Shown here: positions 20,468 through 29,975 of the stretch, piece after piece
Layout: each line of letters opens with the position of its first letter
Position numbering within the stretch: position 1 is the stretch's first letter
Notes under the pieces: model-generated
Told to the model about the DNA's origin: nothing
Database searches by the model: none
What the model saw: the letters and a program-made list of their open reading frames with translations, nothing else
NCBI GenBank assembly: GCA_035250975.1
Contig: DATFEP010000064.1
Coordinates: 63,811-95,810, forward strand
Direction of reading: 5' to 3'
DNA: 32,000 bases
Source of the DNA: Nitrososphaeraceae archaeon
Lineage (GTDB): Archaea > Thermoproteota > Nitrososphaeria > Nitrososphaerales > Nitrososphaeraceae
Position numbers and translations under genes: made by a program

Positions 20468-21604
20468 CTATTTTATGGCAAGTACGTCTGTTTCTGGATA
20501 AAATGCAGCCCATTCAAACCAGAAACCTTGGTCCATAGGAAGTCTTTTTAATTGTCTATCTTGCAATTGTCCATTGATAAATTTACCATCAAAATTTAAT
20601 TCACTGTCTGTTGTTCTATCTTTTAAAGTATTATTTGTTTCATTGTAAAATAAATCAACAACAATCTTCTTATTTCCTTCATTATAATCATAAATAACTC
20701 GATCAAAAACTCTAACCATGAATGGTTCTAATGATACTAAAGCAATTTTTTTATCTTGTCCTATAACATCATTTATTACTTTTTTATTTTCTATATCTTG
20801 CAATTTGTAAGCTTTAAACTGATTTTTATTTCCTAATCCTATTATTATCTCTTTTAATCCTAATCTTTTATCATCATTAGTTACAGGAAACAAAATTAAA
20901 TCATTAGTATAATAATCTCCATATGGATCTGCTCCATATGGTCTAACTGATCCTGTATCTCTAGATAAAACTTTACTTTCAGGATATAATTTCTTCCACT
21001 CTTTCCAGTATGCAATATCAAACGGAATTTTTTCTAATTTTATACCAGAATAAACTCCAACTATTCCTTCACCTATTGCTTGGCTCCATAATGAATTACT
21101 CTTTCTATCATACATTACTAAATTACTATTATATAACTTGCCTGAGGTTCCAAATTCTACTGTGTTGCCATCAGATAAAGTACGATTGAATACTTGATTT
21201 GTAAAGCATAGGGGACAATATGTAACTGCTACTGGTTTATCTCCTACTACATCATTTACAATTTCATGCCATACAAGAATCTGTAATGGATATGCTCTAA
21301 TATCTCCATTTATATTCAAACCAAGGACAAATTCTGAATCTTCTAAAATTTCATCTGCTTCTTGAACTGATCGAAATTTTGGATTATCTATTGATGGTAT
21401 TCCATCTTGAGGTGGTCCACCACTAACAATTTTATCTAAGGGAACGGTATGCTTTATTTCTTGACCTAAAGATATTTTAAATATATTTTTTTCTTCGATT
21501 AAAAAGAAGATAGTACTGTATAAAAACATAGAAAATGCTAATGAAATTATTAAGATTGAATTTAATTTTATTTTCTTCTTCTTATTATCATTCATGACAT
21601 ACAT
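20468..21604 (-). CDS. DUF3179 domain-containing protein
   Basis: IRAYPLQILVWHEIVNDVVGDKPVAVTYCPLCFTNQVFNR, FGTSGKLYNSNLVMYDRKSNSLWSQ; N-terminal TM anchor. Confidence 0.9.
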   Translation of the reverse strand: MYVMNDNKKKKIKLNSILIISLAFSMFLYSTIFFLIEEKNIFKISLGQEIKHTVPLDKIVSGGPPQDGIPSIDNPKFRSVQEADEILEDSEFVLGLNINGDIRAYPLQILVWHEIVNDVVGDKPVAVTYCPLCFTNQVFNRTLSDGNTVEFGTSGKLYNSNLVMYDRKSNSLWSQAIGEGIVGVYSGIKLEKIPFDIAYWKEWKKLYPESKVLSRDTGSVRPYGADPYGDYYTNDLILFPVTNDDKRLGLKEIIIGLGNKNQFKAYKLQDIENKKVINDVIGQDKKIALVSLEPFMVRVFDRVIYDYNEGNKKIVVDLFYNETNNTLKDRTTDSELNFDGKFINGQLQDRQLKRLPMDQGFWFEWAAFYPETDVLAIK

Positions 21605-21618
21605 TTACCTCAAAATAA

Positions 21619-22212
21619 TTATCTAGAATTTCCTTGTTGTTTATTTTCTAGTAGTATATTTTTATTTTTTAGAACCTCGAGATCTTTATATAACTTTAAA
21701 ATAGACACTAGAGTTATTAAAGATATTATTATTAGTCCAATATAAGATAAAATACTTGAATAGTTGATCATAAATACTGATACTCCATTTCCGAAAACTA
21801 ATGGCAAATAAGAAAGTATAAAAAGCCAACTGCCACAGCATCCTAGTGGTACCAAAGAGAAAAATGAAAAAAAGGAACTTAATGCCGCTCCTAATCCATT
21901 TCCAGTACTTGAAGAATGTAAGAAATCTTTTTTATTAACCTCACAATTACCACTACTGCTCTTGATCTTTTTTCTATATGATATTACAAATGTTTGAACT
22001 CCTGTGCCAACAGCCATTCCAATAATTATAAAATAGTTTACTTGAAGTGCAGCTGATATTGATGCCGTAGCAGGCAGGTTAGGAGTTGTAAATACTACTA
22101 TTAATAGATATGAAATAATAGTTATAGAACTGACTATTACTCCCTTTAATATTGATTTTTTTATATTATTATTTAACTGTCTTAATTTATGTATCTGGTT
22201 TAAGCGAATCAT
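21619..22212 (-). CDS. Multi-pass membrane protein, unknown
   Basis: 197 aa with about 4-5 hydrophobic helices and a VPLGCCGSWLFILSYLP motif; 14 nt upstream of the DUF3179 gene on the same strand. Confidence 0.75.
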   Translation of the reverse strand: MIRLNQIHKLRQLNNNIKKSILKGVIVSSITIISYLLIVVFTTPNLPATASISAALQVNYFIIIGMAVGTGVQTFVISYRKKIKSSSGNCEVNKKDFLHSSSTGNGLGAALSSFFSFFSLVPLGCCGSWLFILSYLPLVFGNGVSVFMINYSSILSYIGLIIISLITLVSILKLYKDLEVLKNKNILLENKQQGNSR

Positions 22213-22364
22213 AATATATATACAAATGTAAATAAAAAGATCTATTATTTAATGAGATATTTCAATAGTTCAAAAATTACTTTAACAGTTTAACTTTTAG
22301 ATTTTGATAAAATAAAAAAAGTTGGGATTATAGGATACAACACCTTGTTTTGTTATTAATTTAT

Positions 22365-23471
22365 TTATTGTTTGCTCATGTGTTTTAGTACTGTTTGTTG
22401 ATCAAAGAATGGACAATTCACTACATGCTTTCCTTCCATAGCTGGAGCAATAGTCAATAATCCTTTTTCTCTTGCATCATTGAGATCAGATAGTGTCTGT
22501 AGTAATTTCGCTTCTGCAGGATTATTCCATTCTGCAAAATTTATTCTCCACATTGGACTATAGTTTTCATCAGTTGGACCAGCATGTCCAATACCCGGCT
22601 GAAATCCCATTGGTCCAGTACCGTTTATTCCATTTGTAAATTGCGTCAAATCTACGGCAGCAGATGTAGCCGCAAGTTTTTCATCAGAAGGAGAATAAAC
22701 TACACCCATCATATTTGCAGGCATTTCTGGAGCAGCATCAGTTACTATGTAGTATATTGTATTACCATCTGGACCCCATCCCCTATGAGCAATGAAAGTC
22801 ACTATCATATTTTCTGTATCAATCTTTGTAACTTGGCCTCCACCATATTCCGTTTCGTCATTTATTTCTCCCTGTTTAATTACTAGTTCTCCTCCATCCC
22901 ATTTTACTGCTGGTTTGTTAACGATGATGGTTGATTTTTCTATTGTTATTTGGCCATCTTTTTCTGCTGTTATTATATCCTCGACCGATTTCAACTCTTG
23001 AGCATCTGCTTCATTTTTCCACTGAACCGTGTTAATCTGATATAATGGACTATATCCTTCGTCTCCTGGCTTTGCATTCAATACTGGCAATTGGAACCCA
23101 AATGATCCATCGCCTTTAATTCCATTTTTAAAAGCATAAGCTTGACCCAAGCTTTCGGCAGGAGTGTTTGCTACTGCTGATGCTACATTTGCCTTAAATC
23201 CAGTAATATTGGTTATCAACTCAGCAGTTTTTTTATCCGACGCATCAGTTGCTATTACAAAAATATCATTTCCATTTACATATCCTTTCATAAGAGGAAT
23301 ATCAATTTGTACATTTGCTGAAGCTAATTTTAATACTGAACCTGGATCAGTTTGAGCGTATGCATGTTTTGTTGTTAACGGACCTGCAATCACTAGCGTT
23401 GAACCAAGAATTGCAAATGTTGTTATGATTGAAAAAATTTTTAGATTCTTTTTTTCTAGTATGTTATTCAT
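22365..23471 (-). CDS. Secreted hypothetical protein of archaeal type
   Basis: Signal peptide (FSIITTFAILGSTLVIAGPLTTKHAYA) and a beta-rich body with two similar segments (DGSFGFQLPVLNAKPGDEGYSPLYQINTVQWKNEADAQELKSVEDI / NGTGPMGFQPGIGHAGPTDENYSPMWRINFAEWNNPAEAKLLQTLSDL). Confidence 0.8.
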   Translation of the reverse strand: MNNILEKKNLKIFSIITTFAILGSTLVIAGPLTTKHAYAQTDPGSVLKLASANVQIDIPLMKGYVNGNDIFVIATDASDKKTAELITNITGFKANVASAVANTPAESLGQAYAFKNGIKGDGSFGFQLPVLNAKPGDEGYSPLYQINTVQWKNEADAQELKSVEDIITAEKDGQITIEKSTIIVNKPAVKWDGGELVIKQGEINDETEYGGGQVTKIDTENMIVTFIAHRGWGPDGNTIYYIVTDAAPEMPANMMGVVYSPSDEKLAATSAAVDLTQFTNGINGTGPMGFQPGIGHAGPTDENYSPMWRINFAEWNNPAEAKLLQTLSDLNDAREKGLLTIAPAMEGKHVVNCPFFDQQTVLKHMSKQ

Positions 23472-23886
23472 TGATTAAAAAAATAAAAATGATCTATAAA
23501 AATGGATACTTGAACCATTAAATTAAAAGTTGAACATTTGAATTTTTCTTTACTGTCTAACGACAGGTCCTAAACAAAATTGAGAATATATAAAAGCAGA
23601 TCGAATTAGTTAATGCAATATGTATTTTCGTGGTGAATGTATCGTAAATTGATTCTTATAATCAATATAAAATAGTAAAAGTTGGTTTTAAAATAATCTC
23701 TACCCTGATTTTTGATAAATTGGTATTAATTTATTCTCCTGTGTGAGAAAAATACTATATTTTTCAATTTATAAAATTATCTATTTCAAAAATTTCCAAA
23801 ATTGGGAAATTTATCAAGAAATTATTATTGGAAAAAGAATAAGAATCCAAACATCTGTAATTTCTTAACTATTAACATATCATTTT

Positions 23887-25845
23887 TTATTTTTCTCCAT
23901 GTTCTGTTCGAGTTTTTAGTCTCGTTATGTCTCTTTTGAAGAATAGATCTATAAACCAGTCCAACATTACTCTCAATTTTCTTTCAGTAGTTGGAAGATT
24001 TCCCCAGTAATATAGTCGCCAGAATATCCATCCAATAAAACCATGAATTTTGTGTCCAAATACTAAACCTACACCATTTCTTTTTCCTACAAGAGCCATC
24101 ATACCTTTAGTTTTGTAGTTAAAAACTAATTCTTCTTTCTTCTTGTTTTTCTTTGAGTATATTTCATTAATTATGTTGTTAGATACTATTTTAGCTGCCC
24201 TTAATGCATGCTGAGCTGTAGGTGGATATGGTTTTCCAGTATTAGGGTCGATTATAAAAGCACAATCTCCTAGTGCAAAAATATTTGTATATCCATTTAC
24301 TTTTAGGTGTTCGTTAGTAATTATTTTTCCTGATTTATCATGTTCGCAATTTAAATTGCTTATAATGTTATTCGGTTTAACTCCTCCCGCCCAAATTACT
24401 GTATCACTGCATATTCTCTCTTCATCGTTTAATAATACATAATTCTCATCTATCTCTTTAACTCTTTTATTTAAGATAATTTGAACTCCATTTTTTTCGA
24501 GTTTGTTTAGAGTAAATTCTGATAAATCATCTGAGACTTCTGGTAAAATTCGTGAACCAGAATTTATCAATATTATTTTAATATATTTGATATCAATGTT
24601 GTGATAATACTGTTTAACAGAATCACGAACAAAATCATTTAATTCTCCAACAGTTTCTATACCAGAAAAGCCGCCTCCCACCACTACAAATGTCATTAAT
24701 CTTTTTTGTAATTCTATATTTTCATATTCCATATCAGCTTGCTCAAGCATATTTATAACATGATCTCGCAATAACAACGCATCACCAATAGTCTTTATGG
24801 TGAATGCATTTTTAGATGCACTTTCTATGTCAAAAAAATTGGTTTCTCCTCCAAGCGCTAAAACTAGATAATGATATTTTAGAACTTTGATTTTACTGTT
24901 TGATAAATTGGAATACTTACCTATGTTATATCTAATGCTTACTTCCTTTTCTTCAAGATTTATAGAATCAATATTTGCCTCATAAAATCTAGCTCTTTTA
25001 CAAAATGACCTAATAGGTGTAATTATATGTCTTGTCTCTATTGCACTTGCAGCTACTTCTGGGAGCATAGGCGTGAAGAGAAAAAAATTATCTCTACTTA
25101 CAATTGTTATATCTATATCAATTTGATCTTGAAATTCCTTTTGTAACTGTTGTAATATTTTTATTCCAGCAAATCCACCACCCAAAATCACTATCCTTTT
25201 TAGTTCTATTGGTTTGGTGCCATGTATTAGTTCAGCATGTTTTTGATATGAATCAATTCTACCTAAAGATATATCGCACTTTGCACACCTATATCGAGTA
25301 CCAAATTTTATAGAAAGGCTAGAAGAAACAAGACCTACAGTAATACCAAAAATGAGGTGGGTAACTAGAGAACCTATCAAAACAGTTGTCAATTGTGATG
25401 AAAGTTCTGATTCAATCAGTTCTTTTTCATAATTAGTGGATTCCTGGAGCATACTTATTGTTTCAGGAGATAGAACAAATTGATATACTGGTATAAAGAA
25501 AACTATGAATACTACAGTACCAGCAAAAATTCCATATATTATTCCATTGGATGGCTTACTAATATTTAATATGCCAGTTTTATACAAAAAGATGCCTACC
25601 ACAACTCCTATTGAAATAGCAGTTAACATATGTATCCCTATACCAGCTAATATTGCATCTGATGAATATACTCCAATTACATGTCCAAAAACTATCCATG
25701 ATAAGTAATAAGGCATTCCCATTACTACTTCAAAAATTGTTTTAGGAATAACAAAAACGACTGCACCTGCAATAGCGCCAACTACTACAAAAAATATTTC
25801 TCTCTTTAGAGAAAAATCTATTTTTACTTTAGTATAATTGCTCAT
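23887..25845 (-). CDS. NDH-2-type FAD/NAD(P)-dependent oxidoreductase with N-terminal membrane domain and C2H2-like finger
   Basis: VILGGGFAGIKILQQL, TPMLPEVA, YLVLALGG, VVVGGGFSGIETVGEL, VIWAGGVKPN, IFALGDCAFI, PPTAQHALR; about 4 TM helices precede; CAKCDISLGRIDSYQKHAELIH between them. Confidence 0.93.
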   Translation of the reverse strand: MSNYTKVKIDFSLKREIFFVVVGAIAGAVVFVIPKTIFEVVMGMPYYLSWIVFGHVIGVYSSDAILAGIGIHMLTAISIGVVVGIFLYKTGILNISKPSNGIIYGIFAGTVVFIVFFIPVYQFVLSPETISMLQESTNYEKELIESELSSQLTTVLIGSLVTHLIFGITVGLVSSSLSIKFGTRYRCAKCDISLGRIDSYQKHAELIHGTKPIELKRIVILGGGFAGIKILQQLQKEFQDQIDIDITIVSRDNFFLFTPMLPEVAASAIETRHIITPIRSFCKRARFYEANIDSINLEEKEVSIRYNIGKYSNLSNSKIKVLKYHYLVLALGGETNFFDIESASKNAFTIKTIGDALLLRDHVINMLEQADMEYENIELQKRLMTFVVVGGGFSGIETVGELNDFVRDSVKQYYHNIDIKYIKIILINSGSRILPEVSDDLSEFTLNKLEKNGVQIILNKRVKEIDENYVLLNDEERICSDTVIWAGGVKPNNIISNLNCEHDKSGKIITNEHLKVNGYTNIFALGDCAFIIDPNTGKPYPPTAQHALRAAKIVSNNIINEIYSKKNKKKEELVFNYKTKGMMALVGKRNGVGLVFGHKIHGFIGWIFWRLYYWGNLPTTERKLRVMLDWFIDLFFKRDITRLKTRTEHGEK

Positions 25846-26128
25846 TATAAAATATCAGCCTCCTTACAAATTGTTTATTAATTTTCATGAACTTGTATTT
25901 ATATTTGGATACAAACATTGCGAAAAACCAACCAATTCAATGAGCCGAACTTTAATTTGATACCCGTATCATATTTTTTTATATTAGTGTGATTAATTAT
26001 CAATAATTTTATCCTGAATAAGTAGAATATATGTATCTGCTTTAATTATTAAAGAAAAAATTAAAAGATTAAAGAAAAATTACTGTATGAATATGCTGGG
26101 GATAATTTCATCCATTAAAGTCTATTTT

Positions 26129-26263
26129 CTACAAAATTTTATGTTTGATGATGAAATGACTAATTACTCCAATAAGAATAAAACAAATAAATATCAACGA
26201 CAGGAAAACAAATCCATATTCAATTACAAATAATTTTGGTATAGTGAATCTTTTCATATTCAT
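26129..26263 (-). CDS. Possible single-TM miniprotein
   Basis: Manual ORF: MNMKRFTIPKLFVIEYGFVFLSLIFICFILIGVISHFIIKHKIL*; below the cut-off of the supplied track. Confidence 0.35.
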   Translation of the reverse strand: MNMKRFTIPKLFVIEYGFVFLSLIFICFILIGVISHFIIKHKIL

Positions 26264-26491
26264 TTTTTTTATTGTTATAAGATTCTATTATTTTAAAGAT
26301 CCATAGAATATTATTAGATTACCTAAAACGGTTCAATTTATTCATTAACGGTTAATCAAAGATAATCAAAAATTGAGATGATAGCAACTTAACGAGTTCT
26401 CTTTGTTTTTAAATGTTAAGAGAATATGAAATAGTCACATCTAGGTATTAATTCTCATCTTATTTTCATAACAAATGAATTAATTAAAGAA

Positions 26492-27157
26492 TTATTGTTT
26501 ATCCAAAGTGCTGTTTATTAAAAGTTTTCCCAGTGTGGTTATCGTAACTGAGATTTTATTGCGATCTCCTTTTTCTACATCCGCTAGACCTAATTCAGCA
26601 AGTCCCTTTGCTTCTCTTGAGCCTTGTATATGATAACTTAAAAGCGGTTTTCCAAATCCAGAAATTTTTTCTAACTGGTCAAAACTTTCAACATTACCGC
26701 CTGCACTATCTAAAGCTACAAGAATTTTTTTCTTTGCATCTGATATAATCTCATTATAGCTAAGTTTCAAAACAGGCATCATAAGCGGATTTGTATGAGT
26801 GTAATCCATTCCAAATGCTTTTACACCGTGTATAAAAGCTGTAGAAAGCGCAGCACAACCTAGTAATTTATCTCCACAGCTGACATTCATCAATATATCA
26901 TCAAATTCTTTACCATGTATTTGCAATACCTCGTTTATTTGATCCATCGTGTCCCTTATTACATTCTCTTTGGCAACTAAGGTAATCGTTATGGGAAGAC
27001 CTAGTATACTTTTAATCCTTCTTGAAAAGTCTTCTGCTTTACTTTTATCCTCATGAAAGCACAGTAATACAAGCTTGTGAATTGGAAATGTTTTGATCCC
27101 AAATGCTATTGCATCTTGGCCATCTGTACCAAATGTCGCGATCTGCAGAGTTTTCAT
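26492..27157 (-). CDS. CARF domain plus winged-helix regulator (HFX_2341/DUF6293-like)
   Basis: N-terminal Rossmann-like MKTLQIATFGTDGQDAIAFGIK, FDDILMNVSCGDKLLGCAALSTAFIHGVKAFGM (CARF-like motif), C-terminal wHTH with GFGKPLLSYHIQG. ORF open to 27184; start likely at 27157. Confidence 0.8.
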   Translation of the reverse strand: MKTLQIATFGTDGQDAIAFGIKTFPIHKLVLLCFHEDKSKAEDFSRRIKSILGLPITITLVAKENVIRDTMDQINEVLQIHGKEFDDILMNVSCGDKLLGCAALSTAFIHGVKAFGMDYTHTNPLMMPVLKLSYNEIISDAKKKILVALDSAGGNVESFDQLEKISGFGKPLLSYHIQGSREAKGLAELGLADVEKGDRNKISVTITTLGKLLINSTLDKQ

Positions 27158-27339
27158 CATTATAATTTTTAGTAGATTTATCATGCTTATAAGACATATC
27201 TTTAATGATTCTATTTTGTCTTAAACGTTAAAATATTGATATAACTTTTTGTTTTTATTTAATCGTAGAATATTTTATGAAATATCTAATCATGCCATAA
27301 ACCTTTAAAATAATGGTGTTTATGATCTGTTTTTGATTT

Positions 27340-27516
27340 CTAGAAATTCTGACTCTTAACGTTCTCACTACTATCATTTTTTCTTTTCTTTAGAACCTCT
27401 TTTAGTATTTTTTTTACTTTTATTCTTTGTCTAAGGTTCTGTATTGCTTTCATCATTATAGGACTAAGAATAATCCCTAAAATCATACCTAAAGTCATAT
27501 CAATTATTGATACCAC
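27340..27516 (-). CDS. Possible small membrane protein
   Basis: Manual GTG-start ORF: VVSIIDMTLGMILGIILSPIMMKAIQNLRQRIKVKKILKEVLKKRKNDSSENVKSQNF*; one hydrophobic segment plus basic tail. Confidence 0.35.
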   Translation of the reverse strand: MVSIIDMTLGMILGIILSPIMMKAIQNLRQRIKVKKILKEVLKKRKNDSSENVKSQNF

Positions 27517-27663
27517 GTTAAAATATAGAAACTACCTGATATACATAAGTAATTCTCTTTTATTGTAAATCACATCAGCTATCTCAAGTTTACTTTCATT
27601 CCTAAAGAGTCTCAAAAATTGACAGATAATTCTTACTGAAATATTAAAAATCAAATAATAAAA

Positions 27664-28397
27664 AGGCTCTGTTAACTTAAGATAACTTCACCTCCATTAA
27701 ACTCAAAATTAAAATCATTACATGTTGTTCTAACACTATTATACATAGAAACAAAGAATTGTATCCAATTATATACATGAAATAGATTACATTCATTTTC
27801 TTTTTGAATACAAGGATAATAGTCATCAAATCCTTCAGTTCTATCCTTAAAATACTGATTGACTCTTTCCATCAAATGTTTCTCAAATGGTGAATGTAGA
27901 TGATGTTTTAATCCAATTACATTGCATGCTTGTGGATACCATGTACCACCATCAGTATAAACTGGATGTCTTCCATACATTTGAACCAGGGATCTAATGA
28001 ATTTTTCAGCAACAAACATGTTTCTCTCTTCTGAAATGTATATTCCAAGCACGAGACTGTGTATTGGTTCTATACAAAACCATAACCAAAAGTGTTGATT
28101 ACCAATCTGAATAATGGTTTCATCTATTATAAAGGCAGATACTCTTCTGCGTCGGTATGTCTCATATGAGGCAAATCTCTGAATCCAATTCCATACAGAA
28201 ACATGACTTCTTTTTTCGTCCTTGAAAATTATTAATGCCATAGAAGCATTACGTAGACTCAAACCAAGAAAATAAAGATAAAGAGAGTACATTACAATAA
28301 TAGTAGATGTTTTATTTCTTTCAAATTTAATTTTCATATAATAGATAAGATGTTCTTATCTATAGCTTTTACTGCTTAACTTAACTTAACACAGCCT
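27664..28397 (-). mobile_element. IS6-type insertion sequence
   Basis: Imperfect terminal inverted repeats: left AGGCTCTGTTAACTTAAG (27664-27681) and right, reverse complement, AGGCTGTGTTAAGTTAAG (28380-28397), 16/18 identical, bracketing a transposase ORF. Confidence 0.85.
27672..28337 (-). CDS. IS6 family transposase
   Basis: DDE pattern: FIIDETIIQIGNQHFWLWFCIEP, PVYTDGGTWYPQA, LMERVNQYFKDRTEGFDDYYPC; 221 aa, apparently intact. Confidence 0.9.
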   Translation of the reverse strand: MKIKFERNKTSTIIVMYSLYLYFLGLSLRNASMALIIFKDEKRSHVSVWNWIQRFASYETYRRRRVSAFIIDETIIQIGNQHFWLWFCIEPIHSLVLGIYISEERNMFVAEKFIRSLVQMYGRHPVYTDGGTWYPQACNVIGLKHHLHSPFEKHLMERVNQYFKDRTEGFDDYYPCIQKENECNLFHVYNWIQFFVSMYNSVRTTCNDFNFEFNGGEVILS

Positions 28398-28550
28398 CTT
28401 TGTCAATGAACTAAATTAATACGTAAAAAGAAATTTTCCTTGCATCCGAACCATTTGAATAACAACTCGTTTATGGAATAAATTTAACAATCAAAGAAGA
28501 TCTTTAATGATTTTAGGAAATTCTTTTATCTATTTTTTTAAAAGGACTAA

Positions 28551-29936
28551 TTGATGAAAAATTTTAGAAATACAAATGCTGAAAAGAAAAGGAAAAGAAA
28601 AGAAAACACAATAGTTGTCCCTACGCTAAGTCTAGCGATATTTTTCATACTGGGAACTTTATTGCCATCTATAAACATTGTACCTAATGCGTTTGGAGTA
28701 GATGAATCAGAAACAGAGTCGATAGAAATCAAATTTAACGAACCAACTATTACGGAAATAGATGATGTTGCTGTCGAAATAAATCCAGTCCAAGATAAAG
28801 AAACAGGATTGACTTCGCTCAACATGAAAGTTACGGACAAAGATACTAAATTACCATTAACTCATGTAGACTGGTTAATCTCAATAAAGGACCAGAATAA
28901 CAAATTATATGAAAGTTCTACCCAACATTCACATGTAGGACTATATAATTTTGAATATGCATTAGACAAAGGTACATATAACATTTTAACTCAAGTAGCG
29001 TCTCTTGGTCCAAAAATGATGGGAATGGAAGTACCTGGAATGGCTCAGACAAGAATATTAGAATCAGGTGATCCAATGGAAGGCTGGAAAACAGATCCAA
29101 ACAAATTCTTTGGATTTAAAAACGTCAATTTCATACTAGCTGTTGATAATGGTGTTGCAACAAATACTAGTGGTCAATTAGCACCAGAAACAGACACCAA
29201 TTCACAAGACCCAAACAAAAATTCCCAGATAACAGTTAGTTCTGAAACAGGAAAGAAAGTAAATGTAAAAGTAGTCACAGTTCCTGAAAAAATAGTTGCA
29301 GGTCAACCAGCAACTGTAGCATTAGATATAATGACTGAAAATGGTACGAGTATAACTCATCCTGACGGCTTGCTTACTGTATCCAAAGATGGATTCACTT
29401 TGTTAAAGTCCGCCGAAAAAGGAAATCCAATGATGCCAGTCAATGGTGCATTCCATGGACATACTGGACAATTAGCATTTAATGTAATATTTCCACAGGC
29501 TGGAGTTTACACTTTGGATGCTAAATTGAATTCACTTCCAGTTTCAAACGTAATGTTTGGCAATGTAGATACAAAGTTTGACCTAGGAGTCGTAGATGCT
29601 GCATCGTCATCAACAGAGCAAGTAGCTGGAACATCAAGCACAAATCCAAACCAAGTATCAATAATAGGTCAAGAACAACCATTTTACTCTCCAACGAATT
29701 TTGAAGTTAAAAAAGGTACTACATTAACTTTCAAAAATGACGATGCAATAGTACACGTAATAGCTAGTACAAATGACAAAATTGGAGCCACATCTCCGAA
29801 TGCTGACGGAAAGTTTGATACAGGTATTCTAATGATGGGTCAAGAGAGTACGGGCATTACACTTGATGAACCTGGGACAATTAACTATTTCTGCACAGTA
29901 CACCCGTTCATGCAGGGATCAATAACTGTCACATAA
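28551..29936 (+). CDS. Secreted/membrane cupredoxin-domain protein with N-terminal beta-domains
   Basis: N-terminal TM; C-terminal AIVHVIASTNDK...TINYFCTVHPFMQGSITVT: type-1 Cu ligands; upstream Ig/FixH-like segments. Confidence 0.88.
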   Translation: MMKNFRNTNAEKKRKRKENTIVVPTLSLAIFFILGTLLPSINIVPNAFGVDESETESIEIKFNEPTITEIDDVAVEINPVQDKETGLTSLNMKVTDKDTKLPLTHVDWLISIKDQNNKLYESSTQHSHVGLYNFEYALDKGTYNILTQVASLGPKMMGMEVPGMAQTRILESGDPMEGWKTDPNKFFGFKNVNFILAVDNGVATNTSGQLAPETDTNSQDPNKNSQITVSSETGKKVNVKVVTVPEKIVAGQPATVALDIMTENGTSITHPDGLLTVSKDGFTLLKSAEKGNPMMPVNGAFHGHTGQLAFNVIFPQAGVYTLDAKLNSLPVSNVMFGNVDTKFDLGVVDAASSSTEQVAGTSSTNPNQVSIIGQEQPFYSPTNFEVKKGTTLTFKNDDAIVHVIASTNDKIGATSPNADGKFDTGILMMGQESTGITLDEPGTINYFCTVHPFMQGSITVT

Positions 29937-29975
29937 CAACTTCCCTTCTTTTTTTTATTTTAGAGATTAATTAAA

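Noticed and set aside
22584-23355. Plus-strand ORFs 22584..22886, 22792..23001, 23164..23355
   Set aside because: All antisense to the secreted protein gene at 22365..23471.
25104-25708. Plus-strand ORFs 25104..25313 and 25505..25708
   Set aside because: Antisense to the NDH-2 fusion gene.
28547-29100. Minus-strand ORFs at 28547..28840 and 28918..29100
   Set aside because: Antisense to the cupredoxin-domain gene.
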